This document shows, one piece after another, positions 43,701 to 57,709 of a stretch of 64,000 nt of DNA; positions within the stretch are counted from its first letter, which is position 1; each line of letters opens with the position of its first letter. The stretch is from the human T2T-CHM13v2.0 reference genome, Homo sapiens: NCBI RefSeq assembly GCF_009914755.1, contig NC_060947.1; one strand, 5' to 3'. A model generated the notes under the pieces. That model did not search any database. It was not told where the DNA came from and saw only the letters and a program-made list of their open reading frames with translations. The position numbers were made by a program, and so were the translations under genes.

Positions 43701-45622
43701 CTATAATCAGTTTAACAAGGAAGCACTTTATTTCCTTTTTATTAAAATACCAAATCTTCGTAAGCATTGCAAATAAGGATGTCTTAGATTTGATGTGAAA
43801 TAAGCTAGTTACCAAACATGTTAAATGCTGGAAAGTAAATAAAGTGATATGAAAGATAGTAAGATTAGAGGAGGATAGGCTGTTTTCCTAATAGTTACAA
43901 TCATGGTTGGCACCTAGTATAAATATATCTTGAATTCATTATGTTTTCCATCTCTCTGCATAACCTCTTCTTCCCCTAGTACTTCCTATATTGTTTGTTT
44001 AAGGATACTTAGATTCACGAAGTTGCCAAAGGTAGAAACGTGTTTATGACTCAATTTTTGTCTACCCTAAACTCCTTTCAGTATACAACTGATCTTGGAA
44101 GTTCTGTTGAAATCATCATCCTTAGTATCTCCCATAGCCTTTCCCCATCCCCTCTATCCCCACTGCCAATGCTTTATAGTATCAGCCCATAATTGTTCAC
44201 TTAGTAGCCTTCCAATTCAGTCTCTCTGATGTTATTCTTTTATTTCTTCAACCCATTCTTCACAAAGCATTCAAAATGATTTTCATACATAGCCAATCTG
44301 CTCCTCGTCCATCACTCTCCATCACCAAAGATCAATAATTCTTTGTATATATTTTGATTCTAGCCATTATCACCTTGTATCATTACCTGTAAGTCCAGGA
44401 GAACTGGGATCATGTTTATTTTAGTTCATCACTGTGTCCTGGCAATCTAGTACAATGCCAGGTACACAGTAGGTACTCAGATGGTTGTCAAATCAATGAA
44501 TGATACGCCTTTTTACCTTAGCTATCTGAGCATCAACACAGATGTTTAAATATGAGAAGTTTATGAAACTTACTAGTCAAAACTAAGTATACCCAAGTGT
44601 GAACCTTTTTGCCTTTAGAGGTTCTCATATCTATGAACTTCTTTATAGTGTATCAATTTTCTTAGCTTTGCTAATTTTTTTGAGGGAGTAGTTAGTGGTA
44701 AATAAAAGCCTCAAACAAAGTGTACATGGGTGCACATCAATTCATATCATAATTATATGGGTTTTGACATGAAATCTTACCCCTCCATCCCCAACCCTGT
44801 CATGAGAATCAGTAGTGAAGCATCATGGCAATAATAAGAGGTGTACATTTTCATCCTGATATGGCATTCAGTAGCAGAGGTCTCTTAAGTAGAAGAAAAT
44901 TTTTAGCCTATTAAAAGCTACCAGTTTTCTTACAATTCCCTTTCAAAATACAGCTAGTGTGTGACACTTGAAGTGGTCACATCAGAATGAAGTTGAAAAG
45001 GTTGAGAGCTTCCATGAATTACATAACAATAGTCTCTGTTTTTTGTCAGAGTTCAACATTAACAATTAAAAATCACCCCTCAGGGTCTTGGCTCAAGTCT
45101 CCTACTTGTAACAGGAGGTTTGTGAGTAAAAGAACATTCCATCTACTAGGAAGATGAAAGGAAATAATTCAGACTTATCTATTTTATGCTGAAAATCCAT
45201 ATTATCCGTGGTGGATTTTTAAAAACTTACCTTTACCGTCGTTTAAACTAAATACAGATACTGTTTATTTCCTAGTTGTAGAGGCAAAAAAATCTCCATT
45301 CCTTAAAATGAATTAACCTCAATGAGGTCTATGAATAGTAACCTCACTCATTTAAAAAATTAATGTTTTGTTTTTTATTATACAAATAATGGAATCTTTA
45401 TTTTAGACAATTAAGACATTCAAACAAGAGGAAAGATGGAGAAATCATAAGTTCATCACCAACGATAACTGATGTTAACATTTTGGTGTTTGTACATGGT
45501 GTGTGTGTTTGTAACAAAAATTGGATAACACAATACATGTTATTTTACTTTATTCACTCAATGTTATATAATGAATATGTTTGTCAGTAAATATACGTAT
45601 GCAATGTAATTTTTAATGGCCG

Positions 45623-46071
45623 TGTGAACCCAGTCAGGTCTCAGTTAATTTAGAAAGTTTATTTTGCCAAGGTTGAGGATGCACCTGTGACACAGCCTCA
45701 GGAAATCCTGACGACATGTACCCAAGGTGGTCAGGGCACAGCTTTGTTTTATACATTTTACAGAGACATGAGACATCAATTAATATATGTAAGAAGTACA
45801 TTTGTTCAGTCTGGAAAGGTGGGACAACTTGAAGTAAAGGCAGGAAGACTCAAAGCGGGAAGGGAGCTTCCAGGTCACAGATAGGTGAAACAGGAAAGGT
45901 TGCATTCTTTTGATTTTCTGATTAGCCTTTCCAAAGGAGGCAATCAGATATGCATCTATCGCGGTGAGCAGAGGGATAACTTTGCATAGAATGGGAGGCA
46001 GGTTCCCCCTAAGCAGTTTCCAGCTTGTTTTCCTTAGTGATTTTGGGGGCCCAAGATATTTTCCTTTCACA
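45623..46071 (-). mobile_element. MER4A1-like solo LTR (ERV1)
   Basis: Reverse complement begins tgtgaaaggaaaatatcttgggcccccaaaatcactaag; 4-bp TSD gccg/gctg. Confidence 0.88.
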
Positions 46072-46217
46072 GCTGCATAGTATTACACTATACAGATTTG
46101 CTACAGTGTAATTTTAAAATTTTATATTGTGGGTCTTTTAGGTTATTTCCAATTTACTAGCATTATTTAAAAATACATTTATGCACATTCATATTCATTT
46201 TTTAAAGATAGACTACC

Positions 46218-46600
46218 ATATCAGTCAGGATAGGCTAGTTTATGTTGTGCTAACAAATATCGGGAAATCTTTATAGCTTAAACCAATGGTTTGTTTCTTG
46301 CTCACAATACAATTCCATTGCAGGTTGTTAGGGGAGTTCTGCTTGATAAGCAGGGATGCAAATTTACTGAGGCTCCATCATTTTCTGATGCTGCCCTCTC
46401 AATATGTGCTCCCATGAACACCTTGGCAGGGAATAAAAATGTAGAGAATTGTTTACTGGCTTTTAAATGCATCTGCCTAGAAGCGAAGTATTCATGCTTA
46501 CATTTCATTGCCTAGAACTAGTCATATTGCTGCGTTTAACCTCAAAGGAATAGGAAAGTCAGTATTCCTATTTGTCCCAAAATAGAGTAAAACCACACAT
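46218..46600 (-). mobile_element. Old MLT1 LTR
   Basis: 'tatcagtcaggataggctagtttatgttgtgctaacaaa' matches the reverse complement of the old MLT1 3' end. Confidence 0.65.
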
Positions 46601-46998
46601 TTTCTCCCGTAATAGCTAAATGCTGAATTACATGCTGAAATAGGTATTACTGGTATGTAAATTTCATAAATCTTTGTGTTATCTATTGGGAAATTATTTT
46701 CCAGGCGGATAATATTTTATATTTAAACGATTCGTGATTAAGGAAACTTTTCTACACCTTCCATCATCAGTTCAATAATTTAGAAATATCTTTGACAGTG
46801 GATGAGCAAAAATGACATCTTTTTGTTTAATTGACATTTCTTTGACTATTTGGAGAATGTCAATTTTAATATATTTATATGGCTTAGTTTATCTCTATGG
46901 GTTTAGGGAAGGGGTAACATTGAGCATCATGCAGCAATGTTGTTATATCTGGACTGACTGCAACAGTGGAATGTATTTTAAAAGGTATAACTTGCTGT

Positions 46999-47794
46999 TG
47001 ATATGGGAGAGGAGCAGGGAAGTGTACTGGATAGAGAAGGATGGGGTCCCTGGCAAGGGCTCCACCCTCGGGCCTTTGCCTATGGACCTAAGTGAGGATA
47101 GACACTCCTGTTTTTGCACCAAAATGTTGCATTTTCCAAGACCACTATGGCCCACCACGCCCCCCATCCTGTGCCCATAAGAATCCCAAGACCCTAACAG
47201 GCACACACACACAGGTGGCTGGATGATGAGAGGAGCAGAAGAGCACACCGACAGACACCAGCAGATGCCACAGACCATTGATGGTGGGACGACATGGAAT
47301 TTAGACGGGGACAGTTGGAGGAGAATCCGGCCACTGGGCGGCCTGACTCTAGGGGAAGACCACCTTCCCACTCTATCCCCCTTCTGGCTCCCTATCCACC
47401 TTGCTGAGAGCAACTTCTACTACTCAATAAAACCTTGCACCCATCCTTTAAGGCCAGGTGTGATCCAATTTTTCCAGTACACGGGGGCAAGAACCCAGGA
47501 TACAGAAAGCCCTCTGTTCTTGCAATAGGGCAGAGGATCTAATTGAGCTGATTAGTGCAAGCCACCTGCAGATGGCAAAACTGAAGGAGCACACTGTAAC
47601 ACACACCCACTGGTGCTTCAGGAGCTGTAAACACTCAACTCTAGATGCTGCCGTGGGATTGGAGCGCCAAAACACTCCCCACTACCTGCTCGTCTCATGC
47701 TCCCCCTAGGGGTTTGAGCAGTAGGGCACCAAAGAAGCCAGCCACACCCCTGTCATATACCTGCTAGGGGAATAAGGGAAATCCTCCCGTTTCA
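46999..47794 (+). mobile_element. LTR1-family (LTR1B-like, ERV1) solo LTR
   Basis: TG...CA termini, AATAAA at about 47426, 4-bp TSD ctgt (46995-98, 47795-98). Confidence 0.85.
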
Positions 47795-50700
47795 CTGTGG
47801 GAATTAGTAATCTATTGGCGCTATTTTTTTCCTCCAATTTAGGATGCAATTGAATCCATAAATACAGTTATATTTGGAGTGAATATCATTTTCTCAATAA
47901 TGAGATGGAAGGATATTTGGAAATTATGCATATTTGCTTAGTCAAGAAACGAGATTCTCTGTACTCAGATTTTAGAAATATGATAGTTTTGTAATTTTGT
48001 ACAAATGCCTCATCTCACAATATTGGGGGCACTTTATTGTTAAAGACAATATCTTTTTGTTTTGATTCCCCATGTGTATAACCTAGAGCTGGGTATGAAG
48101 GTAGTAGATCAGTAAACATGTATTCAATGAAACTAATTGAAATGGAAAGGGAACCCATTTTTATGCATTTTTAAATTTTATTTTATGTCAGGCATTTTGG
48201 TTGAGGGATTATTCTAGAAAATACTTTTATGCTAAAAAAATTTCTAAGTAATTTGTAGTATTGTCAAGGGTAAGACCAAGCAAAAATAATGATATGTCCC
48301 TCCTTTTGTCTGTCGATGATGAGCCATGCTGAAAGACATTCTCTAAACCTGGATAGAGTGGACATTTATACTTCCAAAAATGCTTAAAAATATATAAAGT
48401 TTAGTAGTGACCATGGAAATTAAAGGCTTTCCATCTCTGGTCAGCTTCTTTTGAGATGGTATGCTAAGTACCCATAGCCTTAGAGTTGAGTCCTTCCTGA
48501 GGAGCTAAAGTTAACTTCATCACTTTGGCCTGAGCCCAAGGTAGAACGGAGTTAAAAAGTTTTCATTGCCTGAATTATAAGATACTGAGATGTTATGTCA
48601 ATACATTGTTGCACTTTAACACAAGAAGCAATATGTTCCCAGACTGAGTAGATTTAATGTTAGTTTCCTTTTCTTGTGGATCTGTTTAGCATTTGACCCA
48701 TACTGGTGAAGACTGGAGGTTGGGCATAAAAAGAAGGAATTAAGATTGTTCTCTTCTGAATTACTGACCTATCATGAAGCATTTTTCAATAGTTTTGGCA
48801 ACATAATACCCAACCAAATGTTCAATTTTAAATGAAAAGAAATAATCAGAGGAATCATTGTGTGTTTGAGATAGCATAAATTCATGAGATTTTGTATGGC
48901 AAAGGTAAAACTTTTTAACTGGTGGGGTGAATAAGATATTGTAATAGACATTTATACTGAAATGTGTGTGTTTCTTTCTCTGTGTTCTTTGGTAAGAGAA
49001 CAAATTCAGTTAAATACTCGTCTGCCTTAAGGCAAGGGGCTGGGCAAAATAACTTCTTGTAGTGCTATTGACAGTAACACTTAAAGATTCTAGGCAGTCT
49101 TCAGTATTTCAGGTAACAGCTAACTTTAGTTGAGCCTTATTCTTATTTTGGCCTTTGATGCTTCCCAATTTGTAGAGGTTAAGCATAGGCCTTTTTTAGT
49201 GATACATGATGTTTTACATATTTAAGGGGTACATGTGATATTTTATTACATGCAAAATGTAATATGCAATGATCACGACAGGATATTTGAGATGATCATT
49301 TTTATGTGTTGGCAACAGTTCAACTCCTCTCTTCTAGCTACTTTGAAATATATGATACATTGTTGTTAACTGTAATCCCTCTACTATGTTCTCAAATAGT
49401 ATAACTTATACATTTTTTTCTAATTGTATCATTGTACTCATTGACCTCTCTCTCTTTATACTCCCTCCTGCCCACCCGCTCTTCCCAGCCTCTAGTGTCT
49501 ATTATTCTACTCTCTACATTGAAAAGATCTAATTTTTTAGCTTCCAAATATGAATGAGAACAGGCAATACTTGTTTATCTGTGCCTAGGTTATTTCACTT
49601 AATGTAATGACCTCCAGTTCCATCCATGTTGCTGTAAATGACATGATTTCCTTATTTTTTTATGGCCAAATAGTATTTCACTGTGTATATACACCACATT
49701 TTCTTTATCCATTCATCTGTTGATGGACACTTAGGTTGATTGCATATCTTTGTTATTATGAATAGTTCTGTGATAAACATGCACGTGCAGATACCCCAGT
49801 GATATACTGATTTCATTTCCTTTGAATAGATATCCCTGTAGTGGAATTGCTGGGTCATATGGCAGATGCATTTTTAGTTTTTGAGTAATCTCCATACCAT
49901 TTTCTATAATGATTGTACTAGTTTACATTCCCACTAACAGTGTATAAGAGTTCCCTTTTCTTTATATCTTTTTCAGCTTCTTTTTTTTTTTATCTTTTTA
50001 ATAATAGCCATTCTAACTGGGTTAAGATAATATGTCATTGTTGTCTTGATTTGCATTTTTCTGATGATTAGTTACTTTGAGCATTTTTTCATCTACTCGT
50101 TGGACATTGCTATGTCTTCTGAGAAATGCCAATTCAAGTCCTTTGCAAACTTTTTAATAGGATTATTTGTTTTGTATTGTTCCTTATATATTCTGGATAT
50201 TAATCTCTTTTTGGATGAATAAATTGCAAATATTTTATCCCATTCAATAGTTGTCTTTTTACCCTGTTGACTGTTTTCATTGCTGTAAAGAAGCTTTTTA
50301 GCTTGGTATAGTAGGTTTGTCTATTTTTGTTTAGTTGTCTGTGCTTTTGAGGCCTTAGCCATAAAATCTTTGCCTAGACCAATACTCTGGAGTGTTTTCC
50401 TTTTGCTTTCTTCTGGTGGTGGTATAGTTTTAGGTCTTACATTTAATTCTTTAATCCATCTTGAGTTGATTTTTGTATATACTGAGAGCTAAGGATACAG
50501 TTTCATTCTTCTGCATATGGATATCCAATTTTCCCAGCCTAATTTATTGAAGAGGATATTCTTTCCCATGTCTCATCTTCATGCCTATTTTGAAAAGCAG
50601 TTGGCTGTAAACATGTGACCTTACATCTGGGTTCTCTAATCTGGTCCATTATCTATTTTTATATCAATACCATGCTGTTTTGGTTGCTATACCCTTGTAA

Positions 50701-51928
50701 TATATTTTGAAGTCAGGTAGTGCCATGCCTCCAGCTTTGTTGTTTTTGCACAGGATTGGTTTGCCTGTTTGGGCTCATTTTGGTTTCATACATTTTAGGT
50801 TTTTATTTTTATTGATATGAATAATGTCATTGGCATTTTGATAGGGATTGCATTGAATCTGTAGATTGCTTAAGGCAGTATGGACATTTTAACCATGTTA
50901 ATTCTTCTAATTCTTGAACGTGAGATGTCTTTCCATTTGTTTGTGTCCTTTTCAGTTTCTTTTATCTGTATTCTGTAATTTTCCTTGTAGAGATTTTAAT
51001 TTCCTTGGTCACACTTATTTGTTTATACTTTATTTTTTATAGGTATTGTAAATGATATTGCCTTATTGATTTCTTTTTTGGCTGTTCCATTGTTAGTATA
51101 TGAACACATTATTGATTTTTTATGTTGATTTTGTATCCTGCAACTTTACAGAATTCGTCTATCAGTTCTAACAATTAAAGTCTTTTGGTTTTTCTAAACA
51201 TAAGATTATGTCATCTGCAAAGAGGGACAATTTAGCTTCCTCTTTCCACTTTGGATTTCATTTATTTGTTTCTCTTGTATGATTGTTCTGGCTAGGACTT
51301 CCAGTATTATGTTGAATAGGAGTGGTGAAAGTGTGTTGTTTCAGTTCTTAGAGGAAAGGCTTGCAACTTTTCCCCATTCAGTATGATGTTAGCTATGAAT
51401 TTGTTGTATATGGACTTTATTATTTTGAGGTATGTTCCTTCTATACCTACTTTGTTGACAGTTTTTATCATGAAGCAATGTTGATTTTTATCAGTTCCTT
51501 TTTCTGCATCCATTGAGATGATTATATGGTTTTAGTTTTCAATTTCATTGATGTAATGTATCACATATATTGACTTGCATATGTTGAACTATCATCGCAT
51601 CTCTGGGATAAATCCCACTAGATCATGGTGTGTTGTCTTTTTGATATGCTGCTGCATTCTATCTCCTAGTATTTTTTGAGGATTTTTATGTCAATGTTCA
51701 GCAAGTATATTGGCCTGTAGTTTTCTTTTCTTCTCATTTTTGTATTCTTATCTAGTTTTGATATCAGGGTCATGATGTCTTTGTAGAATGAATTAAGGAG
51801 AATTCCCTCCTCTTCATTATTTTGTAAGAGTTTCAGGAGGATTGATATTATTCATTCTTTATAGTTTAGTAGATTTTGACAGTAAATCCATGCAGTCCTG
51901 GGTTTTGTGTGTTGGGAGACTTTTTATT

Positions 51929-52303
51929 TCTTTTTTCTTTTTTCATTTTACCACAGAAATTTATATTGTTCTAGTCAGTCACCTTGGGACACTGGAAGTT
52001 TTTCTTTCTTAACTCCCCAGACAGTGTTCACTGGTAAGGAAGTAGTCTACAATAGCTGCTACCTGGAACAAAAACGAAGAGCCTGATACAGCAACAGATA
52101 TGAGAGGAAGTGATAGGAAGTTTCTCTCCCTGATTTACAAAAAGTAATTCAAAGACATGTGTGCAACGTTTCTAATGACAAGCTTAGGAATAGAAGCATC
52201 TGCCCTCTCCTTGCTAAGCTCTTCTTTTATTACCCATTTCTCTTCCTCCAACTCTATCTACTGTCTTTGACTCCTCTTCTTTAAGAATACCTGCCTTAGT
52301 GTG
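51929..52303 (-). pseudogene. Poly(A)-tailed retroposed fragment of non-repeat sequence (processed 3'UTR fragment or orphan transduction)
   Basis: Perfect 16-bp TSD tgggagactttttatt (51913-28, 52304-19), T-tract 51929-43, and minus-strand TATAAA at 51960-65. The host L1 resumes colinearly. Confidence 0.75.
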
Positions 52304-53258
52304 TGGGAGACTTTTTATTAGTGATTCAATCTCATTGCTTATTATTGTTCCATTCAGGTTTACTATTTCTTCCTGACTTAATCTTGGTAAGTTGTGTGTT
52401 ACCTTGAATTTATCCATTTCCTCTAGATATTCCAGTTTGTCAGCATATAGTTGTTCATAACAGTCTCTGATGATCTTTTGTATTTCTGTGGTATCTGTTC
52501 TGATATCTCTTTTTTCATTTCTGATTTTGTTTACTTGGGTCTTCTCTTATCTTGGTTAGTTTAGCTAGTGGTTTATTAATTTTTTTTCATCTTTTCAAGA
52601 AACTAACTTTTCACTTGTTTGTTGTACCATTTTAAAGTCACTATTTTGTTTAGTTTTGCTCTTTATTATTTATTTCCTTCTGCTAATTTTGAATGTGTTT
52701 TGTTCTTGCTTTCTTGTTCCTTTAATTGCATCATTAAATTGCTTATTTGAAGTCTTTCTACTTTATCGATGCAGGCATTTCTTGCTATAAACTTTTCTTT
52801 TAGTGCTGGTTTTTCTGTATCCTACAGGTTTTGATACATTCTGTTTCCATTTTCGTTTGTTTTAAGAAATTTTTTTGATTGACCCAACTGTCATTTAGGA
52901 GCTTGTTGTTTAACTTCCATGTGTTTGCATATTTTCTAAAGTTCTCCTTGGTATTGGTTTCTCATTTTATTCCACTGTGGTCTGCGAGGATGCATGAAAT
53001 GATTTTAGTTTTAAAAATTTTGTTGATAGTTGTTTTGGAGCCAGATATATGGTCTCTCCTGGCAAATGCACCATGTGCTGGTGAGAATAATGTACATTCT
53101 CAAGTTGCAGGGTAAATTGTTTTAAAAATGTCTGTTTGGTCCATTTTGTCTAAAGTCTAGTTTTTATCCAATTTTTCTTCATTGATTTTCTGTCTGGGTG
53201 ATCCATCTAATGCTGAGAATGGGATATTAACGTCCCCCGCTATTACTGTATTGGAGTC

Positions 53259-53643
53259 TGATATGGTTTGGTTCTGTGTCCCCACCCAAGTCTCATCTCA
53301 AATTGTAATCTGCATGTGTTGAACGAGGTACTTGTAATCCCCATGTATGAGGGAGGGAGGTGATTGGGCTCATGGGGCAGTTTCCTCCATGTTGTTCTTG
53401 TGACAGTGAGTGAGTTACACGAGATTTGATGGTTTTATAAGTGTTCGATAATTCCTCCTTCAAATGCTCACGCTGTCTCCTGCCATCTTGTGAAGAAGGT
53501 GCCTACTTTCCCTTCTGCCATGATTGTAAGTTTTCTGAGGCCTCCCTAGCCATGCGGAACTGTCAGTCAATTAAACCTCTTTTCTTTATAAATTACCCTG
53601 TCTTGGGCAGTTCTTTATAGCAATGCAAAAACAGACAAATACG
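53259..53643 (+). mobile_element. THE1D solo LTR nested in the L1MA
   Basis: tgatatggtttgg start; 5-bp TSD gagtc (53254-58, 53644-48). Confidence 0.9.
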
Positions 53644-56600
53644 GAGTCTATCTCTGTTTTTAGATCTGATAATATTTGCTTTATTAATCTAGGTGCTCCA
53701 GTGTTGGCTAACTGTATATTTAGAATAATTCTTTCCTCTTGCTAGATTGATCCCTTTATCATTGTATAATAGCCTTCTTTGTATTTTTGTATTTATTTTT
53801 ACGGTTTGGGTCTTAACGTCTGTTTTATCTGATATAAATGTAGCTCCTCCTGTTCACTTTTGGTTTACATTTGTGTAAAATATCTTTCCCACTGCTTTCT
53901 TTTTAGTTTATATGTCTTTACAGGTAAAATGTGTTTTTTGTAGGCATAATACAAATGGATCATGTAGTTTTTAAATTCATTCAGCCAATCTGTATCTATT
54001 AAGTAAAGAATTTATCCATTTACGTTCAAGGTTATTATTGATATATGAGGTTTGTTTCTATCATATTGTTAATTGTTTTCTGGTTGTTTTGTATATTCTT
54101 AGTTTCTTTTTTTCTTATTGTTTTTCATTGTGGTTTGCCATTGATCTATAGTGATATCATTTTTATCTGTAGTGATATCATTTTAATTCTTTCTTTTTCT
54201 CATTTATGTTTGGTTTACCATTGAATTTTATACTTTTGTGTGTTTTGTAATGGTAAATGTCCCCTCACTTCCAGGTTTAAGGCTTCCTTGATGATTTCTT
54301 GATGATTTCAGTCAAGTGGTGATGAATTCTTTTAGCTTTTGCTTGCCTGGGAAAGACTATATTTTCCTTCAATTATGCAGAAGAATTTGGCTGGTTGTAG
54401 TATCTTTGACAGTTTTTTTTTTCCTTCTTGCATTTTGAATATATCATCTCATGCTCTCCTGGCCTGTGAGATGTGTACTGAGAAATCCACTGTTAGTCTG
54501 ATGAGGGTTCCTTTACAGGTGACTAGACATGTATCTTACTATTTTTAGAATTTTTTCTTTGTCATTGACATTTAGACATTTTGACTGTAATGTGCCACAT
54601 AGCACATTTTTGTACTATATTTGTTTTGAGATCACTATGCCTCATGTATCTGAATATCGAAGTCCCTTGTTAAATTTGGGATGTTTTCTACTATCATATC
54701 TTTAAATAGGTTTTAGAACCCTTTTGCTCTCTCTTCACCTCCTGGAATACTGATAATTTATACATTTGGTCACTTTGTGATGTCCCATATATCATGAAGG
54801 CTTACTTAGTTCTTTTAAATTTATTTTTGTCTACTTGGTTATTTTAAAATACCTCGCTTCAAGTTCTGAGATTCTTTCTTCTTCTGGATGTAGTCTGCTC
54901 TTGAAGTTTTCAAATGTATTTTGTTGGTCAATCAATGAATTATTTAGTTCCAGAATTTCTGTTCAATTATTTTTTTATGATATCTCTGGTAAATTTCTTA
55001 TTCATATTGTAAATGGTTTTTCTGATTTCTTTGTTTTTCAGAATTCTCTTGTATCTCATTGAACTTCTTTAATGACAATAATTTTAATTCTAAGATTTTG
55101 TGATTTTTTTTATTGGAATATGTCTCTGGAGAATTATTGTATTCCTTTGGAGGTGTCTTGTTTCCTTGCTTTTTCATGTTTCCCATGTCCTTACGCTGAT
55201 ATCTGTGCATCTGGTATAATAGTAGCTTCTTCCACTTTTTTGAATTTGCTTTTATAGGGGAACACTTTTTCCTGAGGACAAATCTATGAAGTTTTTTTGA
55301 ATAGGGCACTTTGGTTTTCATTTTAGGTACAGGAAGTAGTAGAGTCTTTATATGATTTCTTTGGTTGTAAACAGCATCAGTGATATCTGTAATTTTCTCA
55401 GTGGCGTAGGATGCAGTTATTAGTGCAGGTTGTGTGGCAGGTTTTCTGTGTACTGGGATTTTAAGTAGGTCATGCTTTGCACCCCAGTGGTGGCAGCTGG
55501 GGCTGCATTTGGCTTTCCTTGGGCCAAATGGTATACACTGTGGTATACACTGGCATGGGTGGTAGTATGTTCAGGTGGGCTGATTCTTGGGCCTCCAGGT
55601 AGAATACTAAGATGCTGTTAGTGGCAGCCATGAACCGTGGAGGTGGAAAAGTTTTTGGGTCCCTGGATAGCTGGTGTGACATGGCAATGGCCATGGCAGT
55701 GGCAGGATGACGCTCTGGATCTCAACCAATGCATGGTGATGCTAGCAGTGGCTGTGATCGGCTTGGCAAGCCAGTCTCCAGGCCCACAGGTGGCATATGT
55801 AAGTAGTGCCTGCTGTTGTGGTAGTGGCCAGGTGGGTAGTCCCAACCTCAAGCCCCTGAGAAGAGTGTTTAGGTACCAATGGTAGTGGACTGGGCTGGGC
55901 AATGCCCTGTCTCCAGGAATGTGTGCTCTGACATAGGGTGGGGGGCATTGGCAAAGCTTAGCTATGCTGGTTTATCTTTAGGCCCCTCAATTGTGTGTAC
56001 AGGTGCTGGTTGTGTGATAAGTAGGATTAGAGTGATCCCCAGGCCATGGACAGAATATTTGCATGCAGGTGTGCATTCTGTGCTGGGGATGGTGCCATCT
56101 TTAGTGATAGCAGCCCAGGCAAGTGAGTAGGGAGTGTGTTCACTACTCATTCCTTGGTCCCAGTGGTGCTTGCACCTCAGCTCTGGGTGTAGTAGCCTGT
56201 GATTGCTTGTCCTTAAGGTCTGGATTCAGTCAACTCTTCTGTTGTGTCTCAGTCCCAGTGCTGCTGAGCTCCAGGAGAGTGCACAGCCTGTTGGGGTGGG
56301 GCTCTAGGATTGCACCTCACTTTCACCTCAGTTCTAAAGGCATCTCAGTCCTAAAGGACTCAGTCATGCCTTTTCCCTGGGTATGGTATTCTGCAGTCAT
56401 TTACAACTAAGCCCCAGGAGTAGCAATCCGTGCTCTTCTTGCACCTCAACCCTGGAGCTGATAGACTCTTAAGTCAATATGTAGTCTGTTAGGGGCAGAG
56501 CTCTAAAATGATGCCTTTCTGTAGCTGCATAGGTCTCAGAGAATGTGAGGGACCAAGCATGAGCTTCCTCCCTGGGGCAGTACCATTGTACAAACTCCTG

Positions 56601-57657
56601 GTAGCTGCCTATGTTATTTTCATGGCCCATGAGGGTCAAGGGGCTATCTGGTAGCTAGGATTACATATGTCCCTGGTGGAATGTGGACCACTGAGTGACT
56701 CATTTATCTTTTCCCCATATTGGGAAGTCACTGTCATCTCCCAGCCAATCCCAGTTGAGTAGGCTGCCTCATTTTCTTGTCCTTGCTTGCTTTAAGTATT
56801 GCCTGTCACACTTCTCTTGAATTCTGGTGTTCTCTCTTGGATGATCTATTCAAAGTATAATTACCTACTCGCTATTTTAGTCCATCTTAGTGGAGGAAGC
56901 AAGTACAAAATGCCTGTAGTCAGCCATCTTGAAGCCTTCCCCTGGCCAATTATTTTTATCTAAGCATAGCTCTTAAGGTAGAGTAGTGAATTACTATATG
57001 TCAGTCAGTTTATACTATCTATTAAATTTGAATACTCAGTATTGTTACACATATTAATATATGAAAAATTGTCCTTTTCCTCAGGGACCATGCAGTCTAT
57101 TTAAATAGAGAAGCAAAAATCATCCCTGAGACAATTAGCAAGCAACCAGGTACAATTTGGTATGTTATTTATGTCAATAACAGCTTGTAGAAAGCTTTTT
57201 CTGTATGGATGGGGTGAATCAAATTGTAAAGGAGGTAGGCCTTGAGGAAAACCCTCTGGATAAAGAAGGATTTAGATAAGCTGCGGTTATAGTCAGAGGG
57301 AATCATAAGTAGGGGAGCCAGATATAATCATACATGCCAGAGATTTATCCCTGAAAGTTTTGTGTCCCTTTTGTTTGTTCAATAGCAACTTTCTCCTCCT
57401 AGGTGTCTTTATTGTTCTCTGTGAACTACTTTCCCAAATTAAATACTGTGGTAACAATTTGTCATACACCCAAGACACAGCATGGACAATCCTTGCAAAT
57501 TGTTGGCACCTACACTCGAGAACTGGTTTCTGCTTACTTAAATCTGTTTTATATTGTTTATGATATCTAAACTCATTTTTCTGTTTCTTGCCCCAAACAG
57601 TGACACAGTGATAGAATAAACTGAAGCTGTTACTTGGCACCTGTAATTTTTAAAAAT

Positions 57658-57658
<1 letters not shown>

Positions 57659-57702
<44 letters not shown>

Positions 57703-57709
57703 TGTGTGT
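57659..57709. repeat. (TG)n microsatellite with one interruption
   Basis: Direct observation. Confidence 0.97.

Larger units (their letters stand above)
49194..56960 (-). mobile_element. Full-length decayed L1MA element (3'UTR to 5'UTR)
   Basis: Colinear 3'UTR, ORF2, ORF1 (ORF 54998..55321, MKKQGNKTPPKE) and 5'UTR ending in the YY1-type cagccatcttg. TSD taagcataggcctt (49180-93) / taagcatagctctt (56961-74). Confidence 0.9.

Noticed and set aside
46943-47528. 156-aa and 101-aa ORFs
   Set aside because: They lie almost entirely within the GC-richer LTR1 solo LTR and have no recognisable domain.
52214-52417. 67-aa ORF entering the orphan insertion
   Set aside because: An L1 ORF2 remnant reading through the junction; not evidence that the insert is coding.
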